DNA from: Corallochytrium limacisporum Hawaii | Taxonomy: Eukaryota; Protista; Pluriformea | Assembly: GCA_002811645.1 (NCBI GenBank) | Contig: PDIP01000003.1 | Span: 248,001-312,000, forward strand | Reading direction: 5' to 3' | Length of the DNA stretch: 64,000 nucleotides | In this document: in pieces, positions 9,999 through 20,523 of the stretch | Layout of the letters: each line of letters starts with the position of its first letter | Position numbering within the stretch: the stretch's first letter is position 1 | The notes under the pieces: model-generated | The model's database searches: none | Seen by the model: only the letters and a program-made list of their open reading frames with translations | What the model was told of the DNA's origin: nothing | Translations under genes and position numbers: made by a program

Positions 9999-12737
9999 TC
10001 AAACCACTGTATGACCACGGAAAGTATCAAGGAGATGTTCGTTGCCTTGAACTGGAACCTTGATACCCGAGGCAGAGAGGCTGCGCAGAAGTTCGATATA
10101 GCCTTTGATCTGACTGGATAGACGCCGTATGTGGCGATCCTTAGTCGCCAGTTCGTCCCGATGCTCATTCTTGAGTGTCATGATGGCATCTGCATTGTTG
10201 TCTTCAATGCGCTGGAGCACAGATCGCAAATTCTCCCGCCGGGCATTACCAGATGCGAGGAGGTCTGTAATCTTTCCCTCGAGCATGCGGATAGTACGAG
10301 CATCCGGTGACATTCTGGAACGAGCGTCCTCCAAATCCTTTTCCAGTTTCGACGCGTACGCGTATAGCTCTTTCACCTTACGCTCTGCGCTTTCCCGCAC
10401 GTTGACAATGTCAGCAGATACACGGCTCATCTGCTGCTCAAACTTGGCGGCAGTGTCCTGCATGACTTCACTGATCTCAGATGGGTTCTGGGTCTGCACA
10501 AGCAACATCTGATCCTCAAAGTTCTTCCGCAACGACTGAACATCCTCCTCGTGAGCTCTTCGTAAACCAAAAATTCTGTTTTCATAGTCCTCCCGCATAT
10601 GATCTTTTTCACGGCGGACTTCAGCAAGTTCGCGAACAAGAGTGGCGTGTTCCTTTTTCAGTTCTAAGGAGCCAGACTTGGATTGAACTATTGTGTGCAG
10701 TTCACGATTCTCTTCTTCTTTTGCGCTCAGCTGGTTGCTGAGGGCAGAGATCTTTGCCTGGAGTTCGGTGTATAGCTTCCGCTCCTTTAAGTTCTCATTT
10801 GCTGTGTTGGCCTCAGACTCGATATTGCGTGCCTCTGTTGACATGGTCACGGGTCGCTTAGGAGTCACCCTCTCCGGGGCATCATCCTCTGAGGAATTTG
10901 CCATGGTCTGCACAAGCTCCAAATACTGTGCACGGATGGTCTCATAGGCCTTCTGCACGGCTGCAGACTCTTTCGCCTGCTCCTCACGTTCAGTATCAAA
11001 TTGCTCTCGCAATTGGGCTATGGTCCGCGAGTCTTCGTAGAGGGCAGCAATCTGCTTCCTGAGACGTTCATTTTCTTCTTTGACATCCGTCATGTTCGCT
11101 TCGCTCCGCGATGCTGCACGGAGAAGCGAAGCACGCAGTTTTTCACTGGTTGCTTTGTTCTCTGCATGTAGAGCTTCAATTTCTATGGCGTGCTCCTTCA
11201 GCAACTTGTCCATTTCGTTCTTATGGGACTCCCTTACTTCCTGCAATTCATTGTTCAGTTTTTCACAAGTGTCTTCATGAGCTTTCTTTTGGTCCGCAAT
11301 ATGCTGTTCTAGCTCTTCTTTGGTGTCATTCACTTGCTTTAGTGCGCTCACCTGCTCCTCCAACCTCTCAGCTGCTGACTTGTACTTGATGACAGACGCT
11401 TGCTGGTCGTGTTGAACTTTGTCGATCTCTCCTTTGAGGGATCTTACCAGGTCATCCTTCTTCTTCATTTCGGTTACCATGCGTTTGTTCTCCCTTTGTG
11501 TTGCCTCAAGAACCCGCTGCAAGTCTGATAACTCCTCAATTTGACTCAATGCGTCGCCTTTGGCCTGATCGAGCTGTCTCCGTAAGTTTTGCGTTCTCTC
11601 CCCACCAGCATTCCTGTCTTCTTCTCCCTCATCACGGAAGTCGTTGATTTCTTCCTGCAGAATAGTGGCCTTTGACTTCAATAAACTTACTTGAGCCTCC
11701 AAATCGGCATTGTACTCCTCAAGTTCTTTCGTCTTACCTGTTTGCACCTCCAGTTGATTCTTCAAGTTGACAATTCGAGCGGATCCTTCATCAGTTGCGT
11801 TGGAGATGGTTTGTCTCAATGATTCCAATTCCTGATCCTTTTGTTCCCCCTTGTTCTCAAGGGCATGAACGTCCTGTTCCAGGGAAGCAATATGGGCCTT
11901 ATCAAGTTCCAGTTGAGATTCCAGCTCTGCAAGCCGCGAGAGATCAACCTGCTGATAAACCTGTTCCTTGGGTGCTGAAATTTGGTCGTCCTTATTCTTG
12001 AGATCAATACGAAGTTGATTGATTTGTTGTCGTGCGTCCATGAGATCAGACTCCAATGTCTTCCTATCTTTACCGATCTCTCCTAGCTTTTCGACTTGAT
12101 CCCGTAAAACAATATTCTCACGGGTGAGATTGTCAACTTTGTCATCAAGTGACGTATCACGAGCGGCTTCATGAGCCCGTGCCTCTGATTCCCGTAGTAG
12201 TTGATTCTCCCGCTGCAGTTTAAGGATCTGTGATTGTAGGTCCTTGACTTTCTGTTGGTTTTGCTTTGGTGCTTCTGTGTGAGCTTTCGCCAGTTCGTTG
12301 CGAAGCAGCGTGATCTCTTCCTCATAGTCGGCGACAGAGTCTCGTGCCATATGTCTAGCATCGTCTTCACTGTCATGATCTAATGCAGCCATAAGCCTTC
12401 TAGTTTTGACCTCATCAAGGGCGTCGTGCTCAACATCACGACCCTCATTCAAAGAGTCCGGTTCGACAACGTCCATCGGAGCTCCTGCAGGGGATGGGCC
12501 TTGCTCAGCCACTTGGCGGATGTCCTTTAGAATATTTTGGATCTCTTCTTCGGCAACATCATCGTCATCTTCGAAATCATCATCTGAGTAATCCAAGTCT
12601 ACTTCGAAGGGTCGGAATGTATTGGGCTCCGGCTTTGTAGATGGATTCTGTGCACCTTTGTTGTCAGATTTGTTTGAAGAGACCACCCCAGTATCCTCAG
12701 TGATAGTCTCTGTGGAGAGATCGAGATCGTCTGCCAT
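9999..12737 (-). CDS. CEP162: Centrosomal coiled-coil protein, CEP162-like
   Basis: 912-aa long coiled coil with an acidic N-terminus. The C-terminus SPDARTIRMLEGKI...KDRHIRRLSSQIKGYIELLRSLSASGIKVPV parallels the CEP162 C-terminus as recalled (PEMKHF..LEKKI...[31 protein letters not shown]). Confidence 0.65.
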   Translation of the reverse strand: MADDLDLSTETITEDTGVVSSNKSDNKGAQNPSTKPEPNTFRPFEVDLDYSDDDFEDDDDVAEEEIQNILKDIRQVAEQGPSPAGAPMDVVEPDSLNEGRDVEHDALDEVKTRRLMAALDHDSEDDARHMARDSVADYEEEITLLRNELAKAHTEAPKQNQQKVKDLQSQILKLQRENQLLRESEARAHEAARDTSLDDKVDNLTRENIVLRDQVEKLGEIGKDRKTLESDLMDARQQINQLRIDLKNKDDQISAPKEQVYQQVDLSRLAELESQLELDKAHIASLEQDVHALENKGEQKDQELESLRQTISNATDEGSARIVNLKNQLEVQTGKTKELEEYNADLEAQVSLLKSKATILQEEINDFRDEGEEDRNAGGERTQNLRRQLDQAKGDALSQIEELSDLQRVLEATQRENKRMVTEMKKKDDLVRSLKGEIDKVQHDQQASVIKYKSAAERLEEQVSALKQVNDTKEELEQHIADQKKAHEDTCEKLNNELQEVRESHKNEMDKLLKEHAIEIEALHAENKATSEKLRASLLRAASRSEANMTDVKEENERLRKQIAALYEDSRTIAQLREQFDTEREEQAKESAAVQKAYETIRAQYLELVQTMANSSEDDAPERVTPKRPVTMSTEARNIESEANTANENLKERKLYTELQAKISALSNQLSAKEEENRELHTIVQSKSGSLELKKEHATLVRELAEVRREKDHMREDYENRIFGLRRAHEEDVQSLRKNFEDQMLLVQTQNPSEISEVMQDTAAKFEQQMSRVSADIVNVRESAERKVKELYAYASKLEKDLEDARSRMSPDARTIRMLEGKITDLLASGNARRENLRSVLQRIEDNNADAIMTLKNEHRDELATKDRHIRRLSSQIKGYIELLRSLSASGIKVPVQGNEHLLDTFRGHTVV

Positions 12738-13047
12738 GGTTGTAAGTAATCCTGACCGACGCCGGGCCAAAAACAATTTACATTCTTTCTATCCAATACC
12801 AATAGTATTCTGTGCAGCACTTTACTTTAAAGCAAAGTTTGGACTTGCTTGTTGAAGTTTGATTATTCCCGGAAATAAATTTCGCCTATTAGTATTGGAT
12901 GCACAAATGATTTGCCATCTCCTAGTACCTAAAGTGTGTTTTCATAGCCACGCCTGATCTGGTACGCATAGGCTATGCGCGGAGCTCACCAGTAGTTCTA
13001 AGGGAGTCCCTACAGAGCCCGAGCGCTTGGCGATATTATGTACCCAG

Positions 13048-13105
13048 TTTCCCGCCTTTTTGCGGTAGTGGCTGCTATGCCCCCAAACTCAAGGAAATTT
13101 CGCGC
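13048..13105. promoter_or_regulatory. Two E2F-consensus sites in the CEP162-like/NCBP2 divergent promoter
   Basis: TTTCCCGC at 13048-13055 and TTTCGCGC at 13098-13105. Confidence 0.4.
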
Positions 13106-13308
13106 ACAGAAAATAGACTCCTAACCTCCCCACTACCCACCTGCGTTATGCCCCTTCTACAAAAGCACTGAACATTTGGTGTCAAAGCACCCCGGTTGGC
13201 CAGTGCATCCAACTGCTGAGGTACTTCAGCGACTAAAACACTGTCCTAAATTGTGTGTGTGACTGATATGCACATGCACCAATTTCATTGTAGTAAATAA
13301 CATCTCTC

Positions 13309-13866
13309 ATGACGGAAATAGTACCTCCGTCCTTTCTGTACTCGACATACCGGGACTCCCAGCACAAAGGACAGAAGCCTTACGACGAAGCTTTGAAGGA
13401 ATCAACAACGCTGTATGTCGGCAATTTGTCTTTCTACACAACAGAAGAGCAAATGTATGAATTGTTTGCACGGTGTGGTGACGTCAAACGCATCATTCAG
13501 GGACTTGATCGTAAGAAAAAGACTCCTTGTGGGTTTTGCTTTGTGGAATATTACCGAAGAGGTGATGCCGAGGACTGTATGAAATATTTAAACGGCATGA
13601 AGCTTGATGGCCGAAGCATCAGAACTGACTGGGATGCCGGATTCCAAGAAGGCCGGCAGTACGGACGGGGATCAAGTGGAGGTCAAGTCAGAGACGAGTA
13701 TCGGCATGAAAACGCTTATGGCTCTTATGAACGGTCAGGTTACAGTGGACGCCGGGACGAGCGCATGTATGACCGCAGGAGAGGAGTCCCTGGTCGGGGA
13801 CGAGGCGGCTTTCGGGGCGGTCGAGACCGCTATCGGCCGCGGAATCACGACTATCGGAGGTATTAG
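13309..13866 (+). CDS. NCBP2: Nuclear cap-binding protein subunit 2 (CBP20)
   Basis: [49 protein letters not shown]. Confidence 0.97.
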   Translation: MTEIVPPSFLYSTYRDSQHKGQKPYDEALKESTTLYVGNLSFYTTEEQMYELFARCGDVKRIIQGLDRKKKTPCGFCFVEYYRRGDAEDCMKYLNGMKLDGRSIRTDWDAGFQEGRQYGRGSSGGQVRDEYRHENAYGSYERSGYSGRRDERMYDRRRGVPGRGRGGFRGGRDRYRPRNHDYRRY

Positions 13867-13935
13867 TATCAAAATTACAGCAATTTACTCGTGTGTACAC
13901 TATGTTTTAATACATTCAGTAAAATTACTCATAAC

Positions 13936-15267
13936 TTAGCGCCTGCGGGCAGCACTACGGCGCAGACGACGTGCTTCACGTTCTCGGGCGACACGGATAC
14001 GCTCGATCTCCTCACGGCTGACCATTGTGAGCGAAGGGCCCCATTCAACCCCATCCTCGTTGACCTCATCACGGTAGATTTCAGCGGCATCTTCTGGTCC
14101 CTCGATGATTACGTTCTCAACGAACTCACCTTGTGTGACACTCTTGATGTAATGCATCAGCTGTGCCCTGATTGCATGGTCAATGATAGGAACATACGAG
14201 ATGGGCAGAGCCAACTCCGTGACAGTCTGCTGAGCAAACTCTGTTATGCAGTAGTCGGGCGCACCGAGGTCCCATTCAAAACAATCTGTAAGATTAACGT
14301 TTCCAACGTGAATATTGAGCCGCAAAACGATGCGATCCCCTTCTGCAACGCCCAAACTGGCTGCGGTCACAGACTTTTGGTCCGCATCGTCGTCGCCTTT
14401 GGTAGAGTCTGCTTGAGATTTCACAGATTTACTTTCCACGGTCACGGTTTCTGACCCAGTGCCGGGCTTTGTGTCTGGCTTTGACGTCTCTGCAGACATA
14501 GCTTCGCCATATTGTTGATAAAACTTGCGCCGGTTCTCACGGATGGTCTGTGCGAAGAAGTCCTTGGAGCGAAATTCTGTAAGCTGATCATCAATCTGAT
14601 CCCTCACCATGGCCATCCAGGGAACAGCTGGTAAGCCAAGATCGTCACACAGCATGTTAGCAAAATCTGCAGCCGTCATTATTTCGTCATTAATGTTCCA
14701 GAGGAACTGGTCTCGCAGCTGTAGTCCACCGTGCTCTAACTCCAGTCGAATCGGCACTGAAATCTCCTCCTTCTCGGCCATGCTTTCCAGCTTTTGTGAT
14801 TCCTTGGCATGTCCGAGGCTAGCGAATAGCCGTGCTGAGAATGGGTTGTTGGGTCTCAGCCCTTGAGTAATCTTTAAGTCTGAATATGTACCCTTCGGGA
14901 CCTGCGGTATCCAATACCCCCATTGCTTAACACCCGGACCCCCGCTGACAGCGGACGGCGGCAGAGGTTCTTGGCGATAATTATCTTCGTATTCATTACC
15001 TTCCAGTAGAGTATCCACGTCGCTGGCACGAACCAGGTAGATTTGTTTGTTTCCATCAGCGTTGTAATCTGCAGGTGACAAAAAGCCACCGACGAGTAGG
15101 TGACTAAGTTCGTCAGGGCTAGCCCGACGGATAAATAGCGACGGATAAATTGTTTCTAGTTCTACGACACCAACCCGTAGAAGTCTGCAAAGCTCTCCCT
15201 TCAGAACCCATGTTTCCGCCCCCGGATAAAAGCGAAAACGCTGGAATGTGCGCTCCTCGTCATCCAT
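13936..15267 (-). CDS. SMARCB1: SWI/SNF subunit SNF5/SMARCB1-like
   Basis: N-terminal winged-helix-like YPSLFIRRAS, two SNF5 repeats (VPIRLELE...LRDQFLWNIND; LTDCFEWDL), C-terminal REREARRLRR. Confidence 0.9.
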   Translation of the reverse strand: MDDEERTFQRFRFYPGAETWVLKGELCRLLRVGVVELETIYPSLFIRRASPDELSHLLVGGFLSPADYNADGNKQIYLVRASDVDTLLEGNEYEDNYRQEPLPPSAVSGGPGVKQWGYWIPQVPKGTYSDLKITQGLRPNNPFSARLFASLGHAKESQKLESMAEKEEISVPIRLELEHGGLQLRDQFLWNINDEIMTAADFANMLCDDLGLPAVPWMAMVRDQIDDQLTEFRSKDFFAQTIRENRRKFYQQYGEAMSAETSKPDTKPGTGSETVTVESKSVKSQADSTKGDDDADQKSVTAASLGVAEGDRIVLRLNIHVGNVNLTDCFEWDLGAPDYCITEFAQQTVTELALPISYVPIIDHAIRAQLMHYIKSVTQGEFVENVIIEGPEDAAEIYRDEVNEDGVEWGPSLTMVSREEIERIRVAREREARRLRRSAARRR

Positions 15268-15511
15268 ATTTCCGTCTAGTTTGATCTATGTGTATTTCCT
15301 TCTTGTTTTCAATTTTATGTCATGATCACAAGCATCTTCAAGTTTTTCGCCACATGCCTTCCTACTTTTTGAGCACATCAACCACTCTTCAATCAGTACT
15401 GCAAACTCTTTAGTACCTGACAGCGTAATGAACAAAGGACTATGTTGTCTTTCCATGACATCCTCTCGCGCTCGAGCGAGAGGGAACCAGCACACGGGGC
15501 TGCCGGTGAAA

Positions 15512-15602
15512 AGGGGGGGGGGGGTGGCTTCCCTTCCGTGGCGGCCAATCTCCGAGCGGGCGCGAAAGCAAAATGCAGGCCCCCCCCGGGAGGGGGGGGG
15601 GG
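15512..15602. promoter_or_regulatory. G13 tract and C8G3AG11 element upstream of SNF5
   Basis: G13 at 15512-15524 and CCCCCCCCGGGAGGGGGGGGGGG at 15580-15602, with an E2F-like GCGCGAAA between them. Confidence 0.45.
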
Positions 15603-15734
15603 ACTGCAATCGGCAAGGCTTGGAGACAAGGGGCACAACCACGCGACCGACGGCTTCATGGACGCTTTACGGCAATTCCGATACTTGGCGTGTAGCATTG
15701 ATCACAAAATAGGCAAATTCTTTTAATTATTGAT

Positions 15735-17990
15735 TCACACTTCTGGGAGCCCTGGAATGGTGTCCAGAGCCTTTGATTTGCTGCCAAAGACCCCTGTGAT
15801 ATTGTTTTCTTGGTCTTGGAGAGCCTCATAGACAAGGTCCTGGGCCCTCTGCACCGCTTTCACACCATTGTCACCGAAGTATTCGCCGAGTTGGAGGAAT
15901 CCATGAGGCAAATCGTGGACGATTTCAATCTTGTGAGGGATGTCCAATTTGCTCAAGCGCCTGCTCATCGCAATTGAGTCATCCAACAGAGGATCCAGAC
16001 CAGCAGCAAGCATCGTAATGGCCGGCATCTTTTTGAGTGTTTCCTCTGGTGCATGGTACGGCGAGAGCTGAGGGGGTGCATGATACATGTACAAGCCACC
16101 TGTGTAACTGTGGAAGCAAGATTCAAGCATGTCCATTGGCAGTAGGGGGTCGAAGAGTGCCAACGCACGGCTTGCAGACGGCACAAATTGGCAATTCAGG
16201 GCCGGGTACATGGCTACGATATGGTCCGGGATGGGGGCTCCCTCCATAATAGCCTTGATACTGACCGCGAACACCAGATTGCCACCGGCGGAATCTCCGG
16301 CAAAGACGACACGCTTGGGCTTGATGCCAATCTTTTCATGGTTGGCAAGAAACCAGTGATAGGTATCGAAGCAGTCGTTGACCGCCGCCGGATACGGACT
16401 CTCAGGTGCAAGGCTGTAGTCGACAGAGATAATGGGGCACTGGAATCTCTTAGCCCAAATGCGAAGATAGATTTCGTGCGCCAAACTGTCCTGGGCGATG
16501 AATCCACCCCCATGAAAATGAATAAGTACTCGTTCGGCAAAGGTCGAGTTCTCCGTCGTGTCTAAGAACTCACCGGTTTGGCAAAAGTGCATCATGGCTG
16601 GGTTGGAATTTATGGACATAAAACGAACCTTGACTCCGTCCTTGTTCGTCTTATGCCTTCCTGGTAGGGTAACCAGCCGATTGATGGCCAGGTTGGGACC
16701 GAATACGACCGGAAAGAATCGCGCAGAGGTTGTAGATGGAAGGTTCCAGAATGCCCGGAAGAAACGATAGCCTCCCTTATCCAAACTTTCTACAATGCGC
16801 TCCGCTCGTTTCTCGGGATCATTTGTATACACGGACATGTTCCACGCGGTGTGCAGCGACTGTGTGATCTTGTTCCGAGATGATTGGTATCCCTCAGCGT
16901 AGGAGGCCATGAAGGTGGCTAGCAAACGCATGACGACGCGTGTCTGTTTCTGATACTGGAAGCCAAACAGACGCCCATAAAACGGCTTTTTGTCGATCAT
17001 GCGGGCTTCAGTTAAGTAGTCCAGGGCCTTGCTATACTGTTCATCGTTAGAGGGGAAGAGTTGATGGGGATCATACAATTCTGAAAGATCTTTGGCCATG
17101 ACCAAAGCGCGCAAGAGTGAGTCCATGACCTCAACACCAAGTTCCCTAAGCAGACTTAATGCCTCCTCGGCCTTACTCGCGGTCTTGTACTTGTGTCGTA
17201 AGAAAGAATCGAGGATAAGTTCCACGCCGTCGATGCCGCAAAGAACAACGAAGAGGAGCGATCTGTACCCGTTACCCCTCATTATGATACTTGGATCATA
17301 GTTATCCGCAATGTTTACGATGTGCTGAATAATCGGTAGCATGATCTGCATGCGGGAATGAATGCATACGAATACCTGTTCAGCCTCGTAGTAGAGTTTG
17401 ATCGTCCTCTTCTTCTTGTTCTCCTGAATTACATTACTGGCGCTTGCCTTCTTAGCTGCCTCGTATAGGTTGTCGATTTCCTTAACCATACGCTCGATCA
17501 ACTGGGCAATGGCGACAATCTTTTGCAACATGTCCAGATTGGAACTGAAGACCTGCTGTGAAAGCCGGCCATTCTGAACCACGGTTGGGCCTTGTGTCCT
17601 AAGGTATTCGTTTAGTTTCTCGTCTTCATATTCCTCTGGCGCTCCTGCCGTTGCTGCAGCCTGCTCCAAGCCTTCTGCCGTCCCAATGGCTTCGGGATTC
17701 GGCGCGCTGGGGTCAATCTTCTCCTCAGTTTCATCCGTGTTCTTACCAAGGTTTCTGAAAAAGTTTCCCATCTCGCCGAAACCCTTGTCCAAGGTCTTTC
17801 CGGTGTCTTGCCAGAACTTCAGCAGCTGGTTGGTGACGGCGTCAACATCATCCTCAGCCTCCTGAGAGGATGTGCGCTCGGTCGGTTCGTCTCCTTTTGT
17901 TGGCTTCTCTTCTGTGGTGGGCTTCCCTTCGGTTGCAGGCTTCTCCTCTGTTGTAGGCTTCTCTTCTGTTGCAGGCTTTTCTTCGGTCAT
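15735..17990 (-). CDS. LIPE: Hormone-sensitive lipase
   Basis: HSL N-terminal domain (GNGYRS, FYGRLFGFQY), HFHGGGF, GDSAGG nucleophile, DPLLDDS, LPHGFL. Confidence 0.93.
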   Translation of the reverse strand: MTEEKPATEEKPTTEEKPATEGKPTTEEKPTKGDEPTERTSSQEAEDDVDAVTNQLLKFWQDTGKTLDKGFGEMGNFFRNLGKNTDETEEKIDPSAPNPEAIGTAEGLEQAAATAGAPEEYEDEKLNEYLRTQGPTVVQNGRLSQQVFSSNLDMLQKIVAIAQLIERMVKEIDNLYEAAKKASASNVIQENKKKRTIKLYYEAEQVFVCIHSRMQIMLPIIQHIVNIADNYDPSIIMRGNGYRSLLFVVLCGIDGVELILDSFLRHKYKTASKAEEALSLLRELGVEVMDSLLRALVMAKDLSELYDPHQLFPSNDEQYSKALDYLTEARMIDKKPFYGRLFGFQYQKQTRVVMRLLATFMASYAEGYQSSRNKITQSLHTAWNMSVYTNDPEKRAERIVESLDKGGYRFFRAFWNLPSTTSARFFPVVFGPNLAINRLVTLPGRHKTNKDGVKVRFMSINSNPAMMHFCQTGEFLDTTENSTFAERVLIHFHGGGFIAQDSLAHEIYLRIWAKRFQCPIISVDYSLAPESPYPAAVNDCFDTYHWFLANHEKIGIKPKRVVFAGDSAGGNLVFAVSIKAIMEGAPIPDHIVAMYPALNCQFVPSASRALALFDPLLPMDMLESCFHSYTGGLYMYHAPPQLSPYHAPEETLKKMPAITMLAAGLDPLLDDSIAMSRRLSKLDIPHKIEIVHDLPHGFLQLGEYFGDNGVKAVQRAQDLVYEALQDQENNITGVFGSKSKALDTIPGLPEV
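17899..17987 (-). repeat. Coding 18-bp tandem repeat (about 5 x TEEKP[A/T]) at the lipase N-terminus
   Basis: MTEEKPA TEEKPT TEEKPA TEGKPT TEEKPT. Confidence 0.85.
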
Positions 17991-18437
17991 TGTGGTTGGG
18001 ACACCGGGCAGCTAAAGGATCATACAGAGTCTTCTGGTCTTCTGGTCTTGCTTGGCTGATCATGGACATGAAAACTCGGCTACCTGTGTTACTTTTGTAG
18101 ACCATCAAATACCAGGCCCTTGATAGATTGAGCGCCCTTAATGGAACGGGCCCACAAACGGCCTCCGCAGTACGTGCGCACTCACAGGTGTGCATCCGTA
18201 CGTCCGAGTGTCTCGGGCTCAGCCAGCCCTCCCGCCGCCCCCTGGCCGTCCGCCCGTACCCCCGTCTGTGGCGAACTGGTACTGGAATTTCGCGGGTTTT
18301 GAATGCAGCCGAATTACCAACATTGGAAAACCGATCCTTCGGTCGGCCGACATGAATCTGCCGATACCGGTGCCACTGAGGGCGATCGCGGGTGCCAATT
18401 CAGCGGTTTACGTCGTTTCACAACTGCATGGTTGGGT

Positions 18438-18818
18438 ATGAGTCTCGTCCAAATCACCTCCAAGCTCTACACACTGTTGCATCGTTGACGTCCTCTTGCA
18501 AGAACCTGTGACCTCTTCCTTCTTGGTGGTNNNNNNNNNNNNNNNNNNNNNNNNNNNNNNNNNNNNNNNNNNNNNNNNNNNNNNNNNNNNNNNNNNNNNN
18601 NNNNNNNNNNNNNNNNNNNNNNNNNNNNNNNNNNNNNNNNNNNNNNNNNNNNNNNNNNNNNNNNNNNNNNNNNNNNNNNNNNNNNNNNNNNNNNNNNNNN
18701 NNNNNNNNNNNNNNGGGATGGTGCTTGGTCCAGCCACTGCTTCTCGTCGGACGGAACGACACATCTCGTACCCAGCGTTGGTTGGCCGGCGAGGGATGTT
18801 GAACGTCGCAAGCGAGAA
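18438..18818 (-). mobile_element. Possible decayed LINE endonuclease (APE) relic spanning the assembly gap
   Basis: FSLATFNI (18795-18818, cf. motif I IATWNV) and VELGGDLDETH (18438-18470, cf. GDFN), about 120 codons apart across the gap. Confidence 0.35.
18531..18714. other. Assembly gap (184 N)
   Basis: Run of N. Confidence 1.
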
Positions 18819-19355
18819 AGGGAGATCAACATACTTTGGACTCTCGATGCGAAGGAGCGACCAGCCATCCGCCGCGCGGGTAGAGGGTTGGGCGGCCAGT
18901 GTGAGTGTATGACTGGCCTAAAAGTACAAATACTTCCGCGGGTGAGAGAGAAAGTCTAGCTTCCCCAGTACGTACGGTTCCGACGCGAGAAAAATGGTCC
19001 TGCATAAACACCCGTGGGGAGAGCGGAGAGAAAAACACAAAAATTTTATTCTCCTTCCTCGCGCGACCTCATGTAGAGATGGCTGTTAAACAAATTTTTG
19101 TTGTGGGCGAAAAACCAGGACTTGAGAACCAAGGCCCAGCGGCCTAGTGGCGGTGTGGTGCTCGGGTGTGATGCGGTGGTATTCAGTCTGGCTTGGCAGT
19201 TTCCGCACTGGGACCGGTGGGTATTTTGTGAAGTTTCGGTCATGTACTGAGGAAGTTGGTGTGCAAGAAGTTAGGACCGACCACACGCAATGAAGAAATT
19301 GTGAATATGTAACCACGGTTGGGCCGAGAACTGTGAAAAGATCTAGAGTGCCAAG

Positions 19356-20523
19356 ATGTCGCGCCATAGGAACGTCCGAAACTTGGACTATGACGACTAC
19401 GATGACGACTACGATGACTATGACGACGATTACTATGATGAAGATGAATATTACGAAGGAGGGCAAAAGGAAGATCCACAACCTGGCGCTGACCACTACG
19501 GATCGGCCATGTCCCTTAAGGACTACAAGGCTGGTGGAGGGCCTACGCAAGACGAGGAAGAATTACGAAGAGTTAAGTTAGAGTCTGGTGTGGAAGCTCT
19601 TACAGAAGTGCTCGGGAGCAAGTTTTCCAAAACGGCGATGATTCAGGAACTGATGCACAATGATTATAATGTCGAAGTATCACTAAATAATCTGCTTCAG
19701 GCAAAGGAAAAGGAAGAGCGCAAGACGGCAAAAGGTAAGCTTGAAGACCTAGAAATGCAAGAACAGAAAGAGACCATACCTCCTGCGAAGGGGGAGGCTG
19801 GGGTGACTGGCCTCACTGGGCTGAAGGGGCTAAAGACGAAAGCAACTAAAGAGTCTAAACCAGGCCGTGGTGATGGTCCGTCCAGTCTACGGGCAAGGAA
19901 GAATGTTGCCAATCCTGCAGGTGGTGGTGGTTTAGCAGCTCTCCGCGCGTCCAAGGCTGCGGGCAACCAAGATGCTGAGGCAGTCAGCAACTCTGTGGGT
20001 GGATTAGGTGCACTCAGAGCCCGTGCCGCTGGCGGCAAGGGACTCACTGGAGTGGACAAGAAGAGCACACTACGCACCGCGCTACAGGGCGGTCATGAAG
20101 CCAAACCTACGGATAAAGTCGAAACAAAATTGGGTCAAATGTCACTTAGAGAGCCGTCTGTATTTGGCCAACAGTTTTGCAATGTCAAGGCCACGACTCT
20201 GCGGCAATCAGGAGATGTTCTTGATGATCTAAGGCAGGTTCCCTTGCAAGACTTTGTCTACGAGGCTTTTGGTATTGAGGAGCATCTTCTCAAGAAGGCA
20301 TTCCAGTTCACCACACCTTCCCCGGAGGTCCACAAGGAGACCACACGGTCGCGTCATCTCGGACGGCGTCCATAAGTCCGCCAGGGGCCCGCGAAAACAA
20401 TTGTGTACGTCTCATCTGGTTTCAACGCATTAGAGGACCTTTTGTACAACCAGCAGCAATGATACTAACATTATTTTCCCGATTTTACTGCTATCTCAAC
20501 AGGACATGGTGCGCAAAGAATGA
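19356..20523 (+). CDS. Predicted Ski7/HBS1LV3-like short isoform: exon 1 19356-20327, exon 2 20503-20523 (330 aa, no GTPase)
   Basis: The extended exon encodes REPSVFGQQFC and AFQFTTPSPE. Splicing GAG|GTCCAC (20328) to the same acceptor adds DMVRKE*, giving a PSPDDIV-like motif. The donor is weak. Confidence 0.6.

Noticed and set aside
9514-10002. N-terminal 162 aa of the 555-aa ORF
   Set aside because: Non-ATG start that overlaps the neighbouring stop and runs through promoter-like sequence; ATG 9513 is more plausible.
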